DNA from: an uncultured Clostridium sp.
Lineage (GTDB): Bacteria > Bacillota > Clostridia > TANB77 > CAG-508
Assembly: GCA_945946655.1 (NCBI GenBank)
Contig: CAMEWM010000004.1
Location: 1,809 to 65,808, forward strand
DNA: 64,000 nt
Direction of reading: 5' to 3'
A program made the translations under genes and the position numbers. The notes under the pieces are model-generated. The model saw nothing but the letters and a program-made list of their open reading frames with translations, searched no databases and was not told the origin of the DNA. The first letter of the stretch is position 1. The number at the start of each line of letters is the position of its first letter. Shown here piece after piece: positions 1-10,256 of the stretch.

Positions 1-168
1 GGATCTAGAATTCCAGATGTTGCTTTTGATATTCAAAATAGAGTAAAGACAGCAGTTGAAGGAATGACTGGATTAAAAGTTGTAGCAGTTAATGTACATG
101 TTCAAGGTGTTAACACAGAAGCTTCTGAAGAAGAAAAAGAAGAAGAAACGGATACAGAAAATAAATAA
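1..168 (+). CDS. Asp23/Gls24-family envelope stress protein, C-terminal fragment (5' end outside window)
   Basis: Frame 1 is open from base 1 to TAA at 166-168. Translation GSRIPDVAFDIQNRVKTAVEGMTGLKVVAVNVHVQGV... matches the conserved Asp23 C-terminal core. The usual AmaP and DUF2273 partner genes follow. Confidence 0.6.
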   Translation, partial: GSRIPDVAFDIQNRVKTAVEGMTGLKVVAVNVHVQGVNTEASEEEKEEETDTENK

Positions 169-231
169 ATATTAATACTTATAAGGCACGTTGCTTTTCG
201 TGCCTTTATGTAAGTATATGGAGGTAATTAT

Positions 232-792
232 ATGAAGTTCATAGATAAAATGATATTATGTGTATTTTCAGTTGTGATTTTGTTAGCATCAGTACTATCA
301 TGCTTTTTGATATTTGGATGGGCTGATATTACTAATTTTTATGTTCTTATAACAAAAATACTAGCAGACAAAACAACTTGTAATATATTATTGGGATTAA
401 ATGCTATATTTATTTTATTAGCAATAAAAGGAATATTCTTTGAATCAAAAACAGAAGAAGAAAAGAATTTTAACAATGGAATTTTATTAGAAAATGATGA
501 TGGAAAATTATTAATAACTAAAGAAACTTTAACCAGTATTGTAAACTCAGTAGTTTCAGGATTTGAAAGTGTAAAAGATCAACAATCTAAAATAATATTA
601 GATGAAAATAATGACTTATCAATACTATTAACTATAGAGGTATCTGATAATGCTATTATAAAAGAATTAAGCAATAATATACAAATACGTGTAAAAGATG
701 CAATAAAAAAATCTTTAGATGTAGAAGTAAAAAGTTTAGACATAAAAGTAAAAAATATGATTGTACCAACAGATGAAACAAAAGATGCATAG
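232..792 (+). CDS. Alkaline shock response membrane anchor protein AmaP-like
   Basis: 186 aa with N-terminal TM helices followed by a soluble domain. SD ggagg lies about 7 nt upstream. It occupies the conserved position between the Asp23 and DUF2273 genes. Confidence 0.55.
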   Translation: MKFIDKMILCVFSVVILLASVLSCFLIFGWADITNFYVLITKILADKTTCNILLGLNAIFILLAIKGIFFESKTEEEKNFNNGILLENDDGKLLITKETLTSIVNSVVSGFESVKDQQSKIILDENNDLSILLTIEVSDNAIIKELSNNIQIRVKDAIKKSLDVEVKSLDIKVKNMIVPTDETKDA

Positions 793-823
793 TAAGAGTT
801 AATGAATAATTTGGAGGCTAATT

Positions 824-1027
824 ATGAATGAAATAAAGAAGTTTCTAAGAACATATGGTGGAGCACTAATTGGAGCATTAATAGCTATTTTAATACTATG
901 TACCCATTTATATGATCTTATAATTTGGATAGTATTTATATGTTTAGGAATATTTGTAGGTAATTATGTACAACACAATAAAAATGAAGTAAAAGAAAAA
1001 TTAAAAAATTTCATAGATAGATTATAG
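824..1027 (+). CDS. DUF2273-like small integral membrane protein
   Basis: 67 aa with two hydrophobic helices (GGALIGALIAILIL, IIWIVFICLGIFVG). SD ggagg upstream. Third member of the Asp23 stress cluster. Confidence 0.5.
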   Translation: MNEIKKFLRTYGGALIGALIAILILCTHLYDLIIWIVFICLGIFVGNYVQHNKNEVKEKLKNFIDRL

Positions 1028-1040
1028 TAAGGGGAAAGCA

Positions 1041-1442
1041 ATGGAAGAAATGACAAGAAGAGAACTTGCATTTTGCTATATATATAGCCAAGAAATACAA
1101 GGCCAAAATAGCAAGGCTCAGGTAAAATTATTTTTAGATAGTACAGAAGTAGAAGATGGACGAGCAAGAGAATATGTTAAAGAAGTTGCGAGTGGCATTA
1201 AAGAAAACGATGAAGAAATTACAAATATGATAGCAAAAAATCTTAAATCTGGCTGGACCATAGATAGAATATCTACAGTAGATTTAGCTTTATTAAAGCT
1301 TGCTATATATGAGATAAAATATAAACAAGTACCTTTTAAAATAATAATAAATGAAGTTGTGAATATGGCAAAAAAATATGGAGAGGAAACATCACCCTCT
1401 TTTATAAATGGAGTTCTTGCAAAAATAGTAGAACAACAATAG
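1041..1442 (+). CDS. nusB: Transcription antitermination factor NusB
   Basis: 133 aa. RRELAFCYIYSQE..., WTIDRISTVDLALLKLAIYEI and SPSFINGVLAKI are typical NusB blocks. The nusB-xseA-xseB order is conserved. Confidence 0.9.
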   Translation: MEEMTRRELAFCYIYSQEIQGQNSKAQVKLFLDSTEVEDGRAREYVKEVASGIKENDEEITNMIAKNLKSGWTIDRISTVDLALLKLAIYEIKYKQVPFKIIINEVVNMAKKYGEETSPSFINGVLAKIVEQQ

Positions 1443-1450
1443 GAGAAAAA

Positions 1451-2653
1451 ATGGAATATAATCCAATTACAGTAACAGATTTGAATAAATACATAAAAGA
1501 TAAAATTGATAATGATGAAATGTTAAATAATGTGCTAGTAAAAGGCGAAATATCAAACTTTAAAAATCACTATACTGGACATATGTATTTCACTTTAAAA
1601 GACGAAAATTCACTAATTAAATGTGTAATGTTTAAAAGCTATACTACACATTTAACTTTTATGCCAAAAGATGGAATGAAAGTAATGATATTAGGAAGTG
1701 TGTCTGTATTTGAACGTGATGGAGTTTATCAAATTTATGCCAAAGCGATGAAAGAAGACGGACTAGGAAGTCTTTATACTGCATATGAAGAATTAAAGAA
1801 AAAATTAGAACAAGAAGGGCTTTTTGCACAGGAACATAAAAAGAAAATCCCATTTATGCCTAAGACTATAGGAGTATTAACGTCTAATACAGGAGCTGTA
1901 ATACGAGATATAATAAATGTAAGTACAAGAAGAAATCCTAATGTTCATATTAGACTATACCCTGTACCAGTGCAAGGGCCTGGGGCGGCAGAGAAAATCT
2001 CTGAAGGCATAAAGTTTATGAATGAAAATAAACTAGCAGATGTCTTAATTATTGGTAGAGGTGGTGGCTCATTAGAAGATTTATGGCCATTTAATGAGGA
2101 AATAGTAGCTAGAAGCATTTACGATTCAGAAATTCCAATAATATCTGCCGTAGGACATGAAACTGATTTTACAATAGCGGATTTTGTCGCTGATTTAAGA
2201 GCCCCAACACCATCAGCTGCAGCAGAATTAGCAGTAGCAAATATAGATGATGTTAAAGAAAGCTTACATATGTATAACAATAGATATAAAGTAGCTTTAA
2301 AAAAGAAAATAGAATTAATGAGACTATCATATGAAAAATGTATGTCTAGACCAGCTTTCAAAAATCCAACACAGAAAATTAACGAACAATATATGATAAT
2401 TGACATGAAATTAAAAAAATTACAAAGTAGCATGCTACTAAAACTTAAAGAAGCAAGAACTAACTTTGTAAGAGAAACATCAAAATTAGATTCACTAAGT
2501 CCATTAAAGACACTAACTAGAGGATATAGTATTGTTAGTAATGCTGAGAGTGGAAAGATAGTTAAATCAATTAATGATTTACACCAAAATGATAATATCA
2601 AAATAAGGCTAATTGATGGAGAATTAAATGGAACTATTAGAGACGGTTCTTAA
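1451..2653 (+). CDS. xseA: Exodeoxyribonuclease VII large subunit
   Basis: 400 aa. OB-fold N-terminus (VKGEISNFKNHYTGHMYFTLKD), GRGGGSLEDLWPFNEE and GHETDFTIADFVADLRAPTPSAAAE motifs. Confidence 0.93.
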   Translation: MEYNPITVTDLNKYIKDKIDNDEMLNNVLVKGEISNFKNHYTGHMYFTLKDENSLIKCVMFKSYTTHLTFMPKDGMKVMILGSVSVFERDGVYQIYAKAMKEDGLGSLYTAYEELKKKLEQEGLFAQEHKKKIPFMPKTIGVLTSNTGAVIRDIINVSTRRNPNVHIRLYPVPVQGPGAAEKISEGIKFMNENKLADVLIIGRGGGSLEDLWPFNEEIVARSIYDSEIPIISAVGHETDFTIADFVADLRAPTPSAAAELAVANIDDVKESLHMYNNRYKVALKKKIELMRLSYEKCMSRPAFKNPTQKINEQYMIIDMKLKKLQSSMLLKLKEARTNFVRETSKLDSLSPLKTLTRGYSIVSNAESGKIVKSINDLHQNDNIKIRLIDGELNGTIRDGS

Positions 2654-2702
2654 TGGTACCACCTGTTCCTAAATAGGACAAAAAACAGATAGGAGATTTA
2701 TT

Positions 2703-2933
2703 ATGAACGAAGATATAAATTTTGAAGATGCAATGAAAAGACTAGAAGAAATAGCAAATGAACTAGAAAAAGGAGATTTGACTCTAGACGAATCTGTAAA
2801 GAAATTTGAGGATGGTATAAGTTTATCAAAAAAATGTAATGAATTTTTAGATAATGCAGAAAAGAAAATTACAATGCTTATAAATAATGGTGAAGAAATA
2901 AAAGAAGAAAATTTTATACCAAAAGAAGAGTAA
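2703..2933 (+). CDS. xseB: Exodeoxyribonuclease VII small subunit
   Basis: 76 aa. FEDAMKRLEEIANELEKGDLTLDESVKKFEDG is typical of XseB. It sits directly after xseA. Confidence 0.9.
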   Translation: MNEDINFEDAMKRLEEIANELEKGDLTLDESVKKFEDGISLSKKCNEFLDNAEKKITMLINNGEEIKEENFIPKEE

Positions 2934-2975
2934 TGTGAATATATTACTAATAATATATTTAAATGGGAGATAATA

Positions 2976-3425
2976 GTGGAAAAAATTATAAATTTTTATG
3001 TTCAATACAGATACTTAATAGTTCCATTTTTTACATGGGTTGGAATCCAATTGTTTAAAGTTATTTGGGATTTAGTTGAAACGAAAAAGTTAAATATTAA
3101 AAGACTATGGGGAGCTGGTGGCATGCCAAGTGCTCATTCAGCAGTTGTTATGTCAATAACAACAATGATTGGACGAAGCCAAGGAATAACATCTCCAATA
3201 TTTGCTGTATCCTTTGTATTCGCAGTTGTAGTATTATATGATGCATGTGGAGTAAGATATGAAGCTGGTAAACAAGCGCATGTATTAAATACAATAATGA
3301 GCAATCCGGATTTTGAACTCTCTAATATGAATTTTAATGGTAAGTTAGAAGAGCTTGTAGGGCATACACCATTTCAAGTTGCTATAGGCGCACTAATAGG
3401 ATTAATAATAGGTTTGATTTTTTAA
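2976..3425 (+). CDS. Divergent PAP2 family membrane protein (YuiD/DUF212-like)
   Basis: 149 aa with a GTG start. GGMPSAHSA, LYDACGVRYEAGKQAHVLN and GHTPFQV motifs of the acid phosphatase/vanadium haloperoxidase-related family. Confidence 0.75.
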   Translation: MEKIINFYVQYRYLIVPFFTWVGIQLFKVIWDLVETKKLNIKRLWGAGGMPSAHSAVVMSITTMIGRSQGITSPIFAVSFVFAVVVLYDACGVRYEAGKQAHVLNTIMSNPDFELSNMNFNGKLEELVGHTPFQVAIGALIGLIIGLIF

Positions 3426-3449
3426 AAATAATCTTAAAGGAGGATGTTT

Positions 3450-5114
3450 ATGGAGGATATAGACATTGCAAGAAATACTAAATTAAAAGACATAACTGAG
3501 ATAGCTAAAAAAGTTGGAATTAACGATGAAGAATTAGAACAGTATGGAAAGTATAAGGCAAAAATAGATAGTAAAAAAATATATGACAGATTAAAAAATA
3601 AAAAAGATGGAAAATTAATTTTAGTAACTTCAATCAACCCTACTCCTTTAGGAGAAGGAAAAACTACGATGGCAATAGGATTAGCGGATGGATTGACTAG
3701 AATTGGTGAAAAAGCCATATTAGCTTTAAGAGAGCCATCACTAGGACCAGTATTTGGAATTAAAGGTGGGGCAACAGGTGGAGGATATGCACAAGTTGCA
3801 CCAATGGAAGATATAAATCTGCACTTTACTGGAGATATCCATGCTATTACATCTGCAAATGACTTATTGGCTGCAATGATAGATAATCATATATATTTTG
3901 GAAATGAACTGGGATTTGAAAAAGTAACATGGAAAAGATGCATAGATTTAAATGATAGGCAACTAAGAAAAATTGAGACGGGTTTATCGGGAGAAAAGAA
4001 CATAATCCAAAGAGAAGATGGATTTGATATATCTGTTGCTTCAGAAATAATGGCAATTTTATGCCTATCCACAGACATAAAAGATTTAAAAAGACGAATT
4101 GCTAACATTATAGTGGGATATAATAAAGAAAATGAACCTATTACAGCTCATGATTTACATGCAGAAGGAGCCCTAACTGTTTTATTAAAAGATGCTATTA
4201 ATCCTAATTTGGTACAAACATTAGAACATACTCCTGCAATAATACATGGAGGTCCGTTTGCAAATATTGCCCATGGATGCAACAGTATAATTGCAACAAA
4301 AACAGCAATGAAACTTGCTGACTATACTATAACAGAAGCTGGATTCGGATCGGATTTAGGCGCAGAAAAATTCTTAGATATAAAATGCAGAAAAGCAAAT
4401 CTAAAGCCAGATGCTGTTGTATGTGTAGCAACAATAAGAGCACTAAAATACCATGGTGGTCAGTCTAAAGAAGAAGTTAAACAAGAAAATCTTGAAGCAC
4501 TATCAAATGGATTGCATAATTTAAATAGACACTTGGATAACCTAAAAAACAAATTTGGATTAAATGTTATAGTTGCGATAAATAAATTTAGTACTGATAC
4601 TGATGCAGAAATAGAACTACTTAGCTCAAAATTAAAAGAACAAGGCATAGAGATGAGTTTAGTAGAAAGCCACCAGAAGGGGAGCGTTGGTGCTATTGAT
4701 TTGGCAGAAAAGATTGTAAAATTAACAGAAAAACCGGAAGATTTTAGATTTATTTATGAGGATGAAGAAAGTATAAAAGTTAAGATAGAAAAAGTTGCAA
4801 AAAATATATATGGTGCTGAATCGGTAGAATATTCAGATGAAGCTATAAAACAAATTAATAAAATAGAAAAAATGGGATATTCAAAATTACCTGTATGCAT
4901 AGCAAAAACACAATATTCTTTCTCTGACGACGCAAAGAACTTAGAATGCAAGGAACCATTCACACTACATGTAAACGAGATTTTACTAAAAGCAGGAGCT
5001 GAATTTGTAGTAGCAATTACTGGAAAAATAATGACAATGCCAGGACTACCAAAAGTTCCAGCTGCAGAGAAAATAGATATAGATGAAAATGGAAATATAG
5101 TAGGAATTTTTTAA
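3450..5114 (+). CDS. fhs: Formate--tetrahydrofolate ligase
   Basis: About 554 aa with TPLGEGKTT P-loop and strong full-length family resemblance. ATG at 3450 is preferred over 3444 because SD aaaggagg ends at 3443. Confidence 0.95.
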   Translation: MEDIDIARNTKLKDITEIAKKVGINDEELEQYGKYKAKIDSKKIYDRLKNKKDGKLILVTSINPTPLGEGKTTMAIGLADGLTRIGEKAILALREPSLGPVFGIKGGATGGGYAQVAPMEDINLHFTGDIHAITSANDLLAAMIDNHIYFGNELGFEKVTWKRCIDLNDRQLRKIETGLSGEKNIIQREDGFDISVASEIMAILCLSTDIKDLKRRIANIIVGYNKENEPITAHDLHAEGALTVLLKDAINPNLVQTLEHTPAIIHGGPFANIAHGCNSIIATKTAMKLADYTITEAGFGSDLGAEKFLDIKCRKANLKPDAVVCVATIRALKYHGGQSKEEVKQENLEALSNGLHNLNRHLDNLKNKFGLNVIVAINKFSTDTDAEIELLSSKLKEQGIEMSLVESHQKGSVGAIDLAEKIVKLTEKPEDFRFIYEDEESIKVKIEKVAKNIYGAESVEYSDEAIKQINKIEKMGYSKLPVCIAKTQYSFSDDAKNLECKEPFTLHVNEILLKAGAEFVVAITGKIMTMPGLPKVPAAEKIDIDENGNIVGIF

Positions 5115-5168
5115 TCATGTATAAATTCACCAATTAAAGGAATAATAACTTTAAGAGGTGGATTTTTT

Positions 5169-5864
5169 ATGTTCAATGGAAATAAAAAATATAAAAAAGC
5201 AGTTGGTATAATATCTGTTTTATTAATAATATTTTTATTATATAATATATTTTTTACAAACGATAATATTTTTGCTTTATCCAAATACGGATCGAGAGGA
5301 GCAGAAGTAACTCAAATACAAACAAAGCTAAAAAGATGGGGATATTATAGTGGAAATATTGATGGGATATATGGATCGCAAACATTAGCTGCTGTAAAGT
5401 ATTTTCAAAGAAAAAATGGATTAACTGTAGATGGAATTGCCGGCAAGCAAACACTTGAGGCAATGGGAATATTTAACTCCCCAGGAAACTCTAATTCAAG
5501 TAATAGTACAAGCAATAACGACTTGAATCTATTGGCGAGGGTTGTATATAGTGAGTCTAGAGGAGAACCGTATGCTGGACAAGTTGCTGTTGCTGCAGTT
5601 GTATTAAATAGAGTAAAAAGTAGTTCCTTTCCGAATACAATATCCGGAGTAGTATATCAACAAGGAGCGTTTACAGCTGTATCAGATGGACAAATAAACC
5701 TAAGCCCAAATCAAACGGCTTATAATGCAGCAAGAGATGCTCTAAATGGCTGGGACCCATGTTATGGAGCAATATATTACTTTAATCCCAATACTGCAAC
5801 AAATGCTTGGATATGGTCAAGACCACATGTGATAACAATAGGAAAGCACAGATTTTGCAAATAA
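5169..5864 (+). CDS. sleB: Spore cortex-lytic enzyme SleB-like (PG-binding domain plus Hydrolase_2 domain)
   Basis: N-terminal signal/TM, a PG_binding_1 repeat (GSRGAEVTQIQTKLKRWGYYSGNIDGIYG) and cell wall hydrolase block LLARVVYSESRGEPYAGQVAVAAVVLNRV. Confidence 0.8.
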   Translation: MFNGNKKYKKAVGIISVLLIIFLLYNIFFTNDNIFALSKYGSRGAEVTQIQTKLKRWGYYSGNIDGIYGSQTLAAVKYFQRKNGLTVDGIAGKQTLEAMGIFNSPGNSNSSNSTSNNDLNLLARVVYSESRGEPYAGQVAVAAVVLNRVKSSSFPNTISGVVYQQGAFTAVSDGQINLSPNQTAYNAARDALNGWDPCYGAIYYFNPNTATNAWIWSRPHVITIGKHRFCK

Positions 5865-5893
5865 AAGCATAAAAAATATTATAGAAATACGTA

Positions 5894-5923
5894 GACAGGA
5901 TATAGTAATATATCCTGTTTTTA
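5894..5923 (+). terminator. Rho-independent terminator after sleB
   Basis: Stem acaggata/tatcctgt followed by a T-run. Confidence 0.7.
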
Positions 5924-5961
5924 TAGAAAAAAGTTAATTCTTTTAATAAGAGATAATTTGC

Positions 5962-5990
5962 TTGACAAACACATAACATATTGATAAGAT
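5962..5990 (+). promoter_or_regulatory. Sigma-A-type promoter candidate upstream of yqeG
   Basis: TTGACA (5962-67), a 17-nt spacer, then TAAGAT (5985-90). Confidence 0.4.
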
Positions 5991-6018
5991 AAAGTAGCAA
6001 TAATGTTAGGAGGATACA

Positions 6019-6543
6019 ATGATTTTTTACCCTAAAAGCTACTTTAATAGTATATTAGAAATTGATAGCAATTTTTTCTTGAAAAACAATATAAAAGCTA
6101 TATTATTAGATATAGATAATACAATTTTAGATACTGAAGATAATATGGTAGAAGGCTTAGAAGATTGGGTTAAAAATATACAAAATCAAGGAATAAAATT
6201 TTGTATTGTATCTAACACAAATAAGAAGAAAAAAGCGGAAAGAATGTCTAAAATATTGGATATACCATATGTATACTTTGCAAAAAAACCGCTTAAATTT
6301 GGATTTAAGAAAGCAAAGAAGATATTACAAGAAGAGAATAATCAAAATATTGCTGTAATAGGTGACCAAGTGTTAACCGATGTCTTAGGAGCGAATAGAT
6401 GTAAAATGTATTCTATTTTAGTAGCTCCTCTTAAAAGCAGTGATATTTGGGTTACAAAATTTAATAGACTTTTAGAAAAGCAAATATTAAAAAAATACTT
6501 TAGAGAAAATAATATAGAAATAAAAAACAAATGTAAAAAATAA
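6019..6543 (+). CDS. yqeG: YqeG-family HAD IIIA phosphatase
   Basis: 174 aa with LLDIDNTIL, VSNTNKKK and GDQVLTDVLGANRCKMYSILVAPL motifs. Confidence 0.75.
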   Translation: MIFYPKSYFNSILEIDSNFFLKNNIKAILLDIDNTILDTEDNMVEGLEDWVKNIQNQGIKFCIVSNTNKKKKAERMSKILDIPYVYFAKKPLKFGFKKAKKILQEENNQNIAVIGDQVLTDVLGANRCKMYSILVAPLKSSDIWVTKFNRLLEKQILKKYFRENNIEIKNKCKK

Positions 6544-6557
6544 AAAGAGGTATTTGA

Positions 6558-7304
6558 ATGTATATTAATAACATAAATATATTGTATTATTTATTTATCG
6601 GAATTATCGGTTTATGTGTAGGGCAGTTTATATCCTGGTGTGTAATCAGACTGCCAGAATATAGAAAAGTTTTTGTTAGAGAATTTTTTACTATATATTT
6701 AAAGAATGAAAAACCTAAATACATATATATGATAGTAACTTCATTATTGTTCGTGGGAGTTTTATATCTATATGGATTTCAATTAAAAACATTGGCATAT
6801 ATAATATTAATTCCAATGTTAATTTGTGCATGTGATATTGATTATAAATTGAAGATTATTCCAAATAGATTAAACCTTACAATATTTGAAGTGGGACTTG
6901 TTTTTACTTTTATAGAAGGAATTGTAAATATTAATATAGCTATTGATATGTTATTAGGAATGGTAGTAGGAGCTGGAATTTTCTTATTTATAACATTAGT
7001 TGGTGGATTAATTGCAGGCAAAGAAGCTATGGGCTTTGGAGATGTAAAATTGATGGGAGCCTTAGGACTTTTCTTTGGCTGGAGAACTATAATAATAATC
7101 TCACTTATAGCGTTTTTGTTAGGAGCAATAATTGGAGTAATTTTAGTGCTATGTAGAAGAAAGAAAGGAGAAGAGTATATTCCTTTTGGTCCTTTTATAG
7201 TGATAGCAACAATAATTGCAATATTTGTACCATTTAATATATTACTAATTGCAATGCTAAAAATATTTACATTAGGGACATATAATATACAATTAGCATC
7301 ATAA
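6558..7304 (+). CDS. Prepilin (type IV leader) peptidase, A24 family
   Basis: 248 aa polytopic membrane protein. Catalytic Asp contexts CDIDYKLKIIPN and GFGDVKLMGALGLFFGW. No N-terminal Cys-rich methyltransferase domain is evident. Confidence 0.8.
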   Translation: MYINNINILYYLFIGIIGLCVGQFISWCVIRLPEYRKVFVREFFTIYLKNEKPKYIYMIVTSLLFVGVLYLYGFQLKTLAYIILIPMLICACDIDYKLKIIPNRLNLTIFEVGLVFTFIEGIVNINIAIDMLLGMVVGAGIFLFITLVGGLIAGKEAMGFGDVKLMGALGLFFGWRTIIIISLIAFLLGAIIGVILVLCRRKKGEEYIPFGPFIVIATIIAIFVPFNILLIAMLKIFTLGTYNIQLAS

Positions 7305-7351
7305 ATATAATAAAATGAAATAATAAAAGAATAAAGAAATGAGTGATATCT

Positions 7352-8425
7352 ATGAATAATAATATTCGTTGGCTAAGAGACAAAATAAAAATGTTAGATA
7401 TGCAGGGAATAATAATATCAAATCCAATAAATATTAAATATTTAACTGGAATTGAAGCAGAAGGAACATTTATAGTTACTCAAAAGGAAAATATTTATAT
7501 AACAGATGGAAGATATATAGAAGCAGTAAACAATAAACTAACGTTAAATGATGAAATTGTCGTATATGACATGAAAGACTTATCAAGAGATGATTATGAG
7601 AATTTTTTCTTGTTCTGTGAAAATGTTGGTTTTGAAGAAGAATATGTTACATATGCAAAATATAAAGACTTTATGCATAGATATAAAATAAATAATTTAG
7701 AAGAAACAGAGGGAATAATAGAAAAGCAAAGAATGATTAAAGATCCAGAGGAGATTGAGCTTATTCAAAAAGCTTGTCAAATAACTGATGCATGTTTTGA
7801 TCATTTAAAGAGTTATATAAAAATAGGATTAACAGAAAAACAAATTGCAAAAGAAATAGATGAATTTTTCATAGAGAATGGAGCTGAAGATGTTTCGTTT
7901 GACACTATTGTAGCCTCAGGTAGTAATTCATCAAAACCACATGCAATACCAACTAATAAAAAGATAGAAGCAGGAGATCCTATCACTATAGATATGGGAT
8001 GTAAATATCATGGATATTGCTCAGATATGACAAGGACAATATTTGCTGGATATGTCCCAGAGGAAATAAAGCCAATATATGAGTTAGTCTTAAAAAACCA
8101 AAAACAAGTAATAAATGAAATGAAAGAAGGAGTAAATCTAAAAATAGTAAGTAGAATGGTAGAAAATGATTTTAAACTACATGGATATGATTTAATCCAT
8201 GCTTTAGGTCATGGAGTTGGTTTAGAAATTCATGAACTTCCATTTGCAAGCACTAAAGTTGATTTTGCTTTAAAGAATAATATGGTTATTACAGATGAGC
8301 CAGGAATCTATATTCCAAATAAGTTTGGAGTAAGAATAGAAGATACAATATTAGTTAACAGAGGAATGGCAACTAGTTTAACGAAGTCTGAAAAGGATTA
8401 TATTATAGTTGATGAAACACATTAA
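7352..8425 (+). CDS. M24 family Xaa-Pro aminopeptidase/dipeptidase
   Basis: Creatinase-like N-domain plus pita-bread fold. Metal-ligand blocks DMGCKYHGYCSDMTRT, HGVGLEIHE and GIYIPNKFGVRIEDT. ATG at 7352 is preferred over GTG at 7343. Confidence 0.85.
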   Translation: MNNNIRWLRDKIKMLDMQGIIISNPINIKYLTGIEAEGTFIVTQKENIYITDGRYIEAVNNKLTLNDEIVVYDMKDLSRDDYENFFLFCENVGFEEEYVTYAKYKDFMHRYKINNLEETEGIIEKQRMIKDPEEIELIQKACQITDACFDHLKSYIKIGLTEKQIAKEIDEFFIENGAEDVSFDTIVASGSNSSKPHAIPTNKKIEAGDPITIDMGCKYHGYCSDMTRTIFAGYVPEEIKPIYELVLKNQKQVINEMKEGVNLKIVSRMVENDFKLHGYDLIHALGHGVGLEIHELPFASTKVDFALKNNMVITDEPGIYIPNKFGVRIEDTILVNRGMATSLTKSEKDYIIVDETH

Positions 8426-8547
8426 TGAGCTAAAAAAGCCGTAAACACTTGATTTTTATAAGAATTTGTAGTATTATAATATAGTCGCAATTTTAAATAA
8501 GTAAAAAATATAAAAATATAATAAAAAATTAGAAAGGGGTAATAATA

Positions 8548-9114
8548 ATGGCAAGCGTATATTCAGCAGGCGATTTTAGAAACGGAACAACATTTGAAAT
8601 GGATGGCAATGTATTCAGAGTAGTAGAGTTCCAACATGTAAAACCAGGAAAGGGATCAGCATTTGTAAGAACAAAGTTAAAGAATGTAATAACAGGTGCA
8701 GTTATTGAGAAAACATTTAATCCATCAGAAAAATTTCCAGGAGCTCAAATAGAGAAAAAAGAAATGCAATACTTATATAATGACGAGAATTTGTATTATT
8801 TCATGGATAATGATACATATGAGCAAATTCCATTAAATAAAGAACAAATTGGAGATGCATTAAAATTTATTAAAGAAAATATGTCTGTAACAATGTTATC
8901 TTACAAGGGAAGCGTATTTGCAGTTGAACCACCAATGTTTGTTGAGTTAGAAGTTAAATATACAGAACCAGGATTTGCTGGAAATACAACTACAACTTCT
9001 GGAAAACCAGCAACACTAGAAAATGGATATGAACTAACAGTTCCAATGTTTGTTAATATAGGAGATATTATTAAAATAGATACAAGAACTGGCGAATATA
9101 TGGAAAGAGTTTAA
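8548..9114 (+). CDS. efp: Elongation factor P
   Basis: 188 aa. [20 protein letters not shown] carries the conserved loop Lys. Full-length EF-P resemblance. Confidence 0.95.
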   Translation: MASVYSAGDFRNGTTFEMDGNVFRVVEFQHVKPGKGSAFVRTKLKNVITGAVIEKTFNPSEKFPGAQIEKKEMQYLYNDENLYYFMDNDTYEQIPLNKEQIGDALKFIKENMSVTMLSYKGSVFAVEPPMFVELEVKYTEPGFAGNTTTTSGKPATLENGYELTVPMFVNIGDIIKIDTRTGEYMERV

Positions 9115-9131
9115 TTTAGGAAGGTAATTGT

Positions 9132-9620
9132 ATGTCAAAGTTAAGTGAGGAATATCTTAAAATTTTAAATGATATAGATGAGCATATTTCTGATGAGGAT
9201 GAGAAGAAATATGTATTAAAAAAAGTATCAGAATTATCATCGTTATATATGGATATAATTGATAGAATAACTAGTGTAAATTCAAAAAGAATGGATGAGC
9301 TAGAGAAATATCAAGACGAATTGGAAGAAAGGCTAGATAAAGTAACTGGAATTGTAGACCTAATAAAAAAAGATATATATGAAGATGAGGACTATGATTT
9401 TGAAATAGTATGTCCATATTGTAATCATGAATTTGTTGCTGATGTTGAGGACGAATTAAAAGAAGAAATTGAGTGCCCAGAATGCCATAATATCATAGAA
9501 TTGGACTGGGATGGAGATGATGAAGGATGTTCTGGATTCTGTTCTTCTTGTGGACTTCATGATGAATGTGATGATAAAAAGGATAAAGATGACAACCAAG
9601 ATAATGACGACGACATGTAA
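9132..9620 (+). CDS. Zinc-ribbon protein of the family commonly found after efp in Clostridia (CD1247 N-terminal domain-like), acidic tail
   Basis: 162 aa. CPYCNHEF...CPECHN four-Cys zinc ribbon, then a Cys-rich segment and a D-rich C-terminus. Confidence 0.5.
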   Translation: MSKLSEEYLKILNDIDEHISDEDEKKYVLKKVSELSSLYMDIIDRITSVNSKRMDELEKYQDELEERLDKVTGIVDLIKKDIYEDEDYDFEIVCPYCNHEFVADVEDELKEEIECPECHNIIELDWDGDDEGCSGFCSSCGLHDECDDKKDKDDNQDNDDDM

Positions 9621-10256
9621 CTAATTAGATAAATTAAAATATTCTAAAGGATTGACGGCAATGCCGTCTTTTTTTATAGTTAAATGAAGGTGACAACCAG
9701 TAGTAGCGCCATTAGTTGGATTTCCGTATGAATCATAATATGGATTATTTGATATACTATATACATTTTTGGGCCCAACATTAGAGATTATCTGGCCAGA
9801 AACAACAGTATCATTTTTAAATACAATAAAATTTGGAGAGACATGGCAATAAGATACTTTGATATCATCTTTTTCAACTACAATAGTATAACCTCCTCCA
9901 GCGCCCCAACTAGCAAAAGTAACTGTACCATCACATATTGATAGAATCTCTGTACCTTCAGGTGCTGGAATATCAATACCAGAGTGATAACTAGATGCTC
10001 CAATGGTAGGAGAATCTCTATACCCAAAATATGAACTAATATAGGTATACCCAGGCAATGGCCAAATGTATTCATCATCACTAGAGATAGGTAAGATGTT
10101 GGAATATATATAAATAATAAAAATAAAAATAATTAATAAAAAAATTACTAAGAAATATAAATATAAGTATTTAAAAAAACTACTAAACAAGATAACAACT
10201 CCTTTTGTGATATCTATACTAGTAGTTTTAAATCTATTTCGATTTTTTAAATGCAA
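9621..10256 (-). CDS. M23 family metallopeptidase (membrane-anchored)
   Basis: 211 aa with an N-terminal TM helix. HSGIDIPAPEG (HxxxD) and CHLHLTI (HxH) zinc motifs. Its stop codon abuts the stop of the convergent gene at 9620. Confidence 0.8.
   Translation of the reverse strand: MHLKNRNRFKTTSIDITKGVVILFSSFFKYLYLYFLVIFLLIIFIFIIYIYSNILPISSDDEYIWPLPGYTYISSYFGYRDSPTIGASSYHSGIDIPAPEGTEILSICDGTVTFASWGAGGGYTIVVEKDDIKVSYCHVSPNFIVFKNDTVVSGQIISNVGPKNVYSISNNPYYDSYGNPTNGATTGCHLHLTIKKDGIAVNPLEYFNLSN
9654..9676 (+). terminator. Terminator-like hairpin for the 9132-9620 gene, embedded in the 3' coding end of the convergent M23 gene
   Basis: Stem gacgg/ccgtc with loop caatg, followed by T8 (9669-9676). 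Confidence 0.5.
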
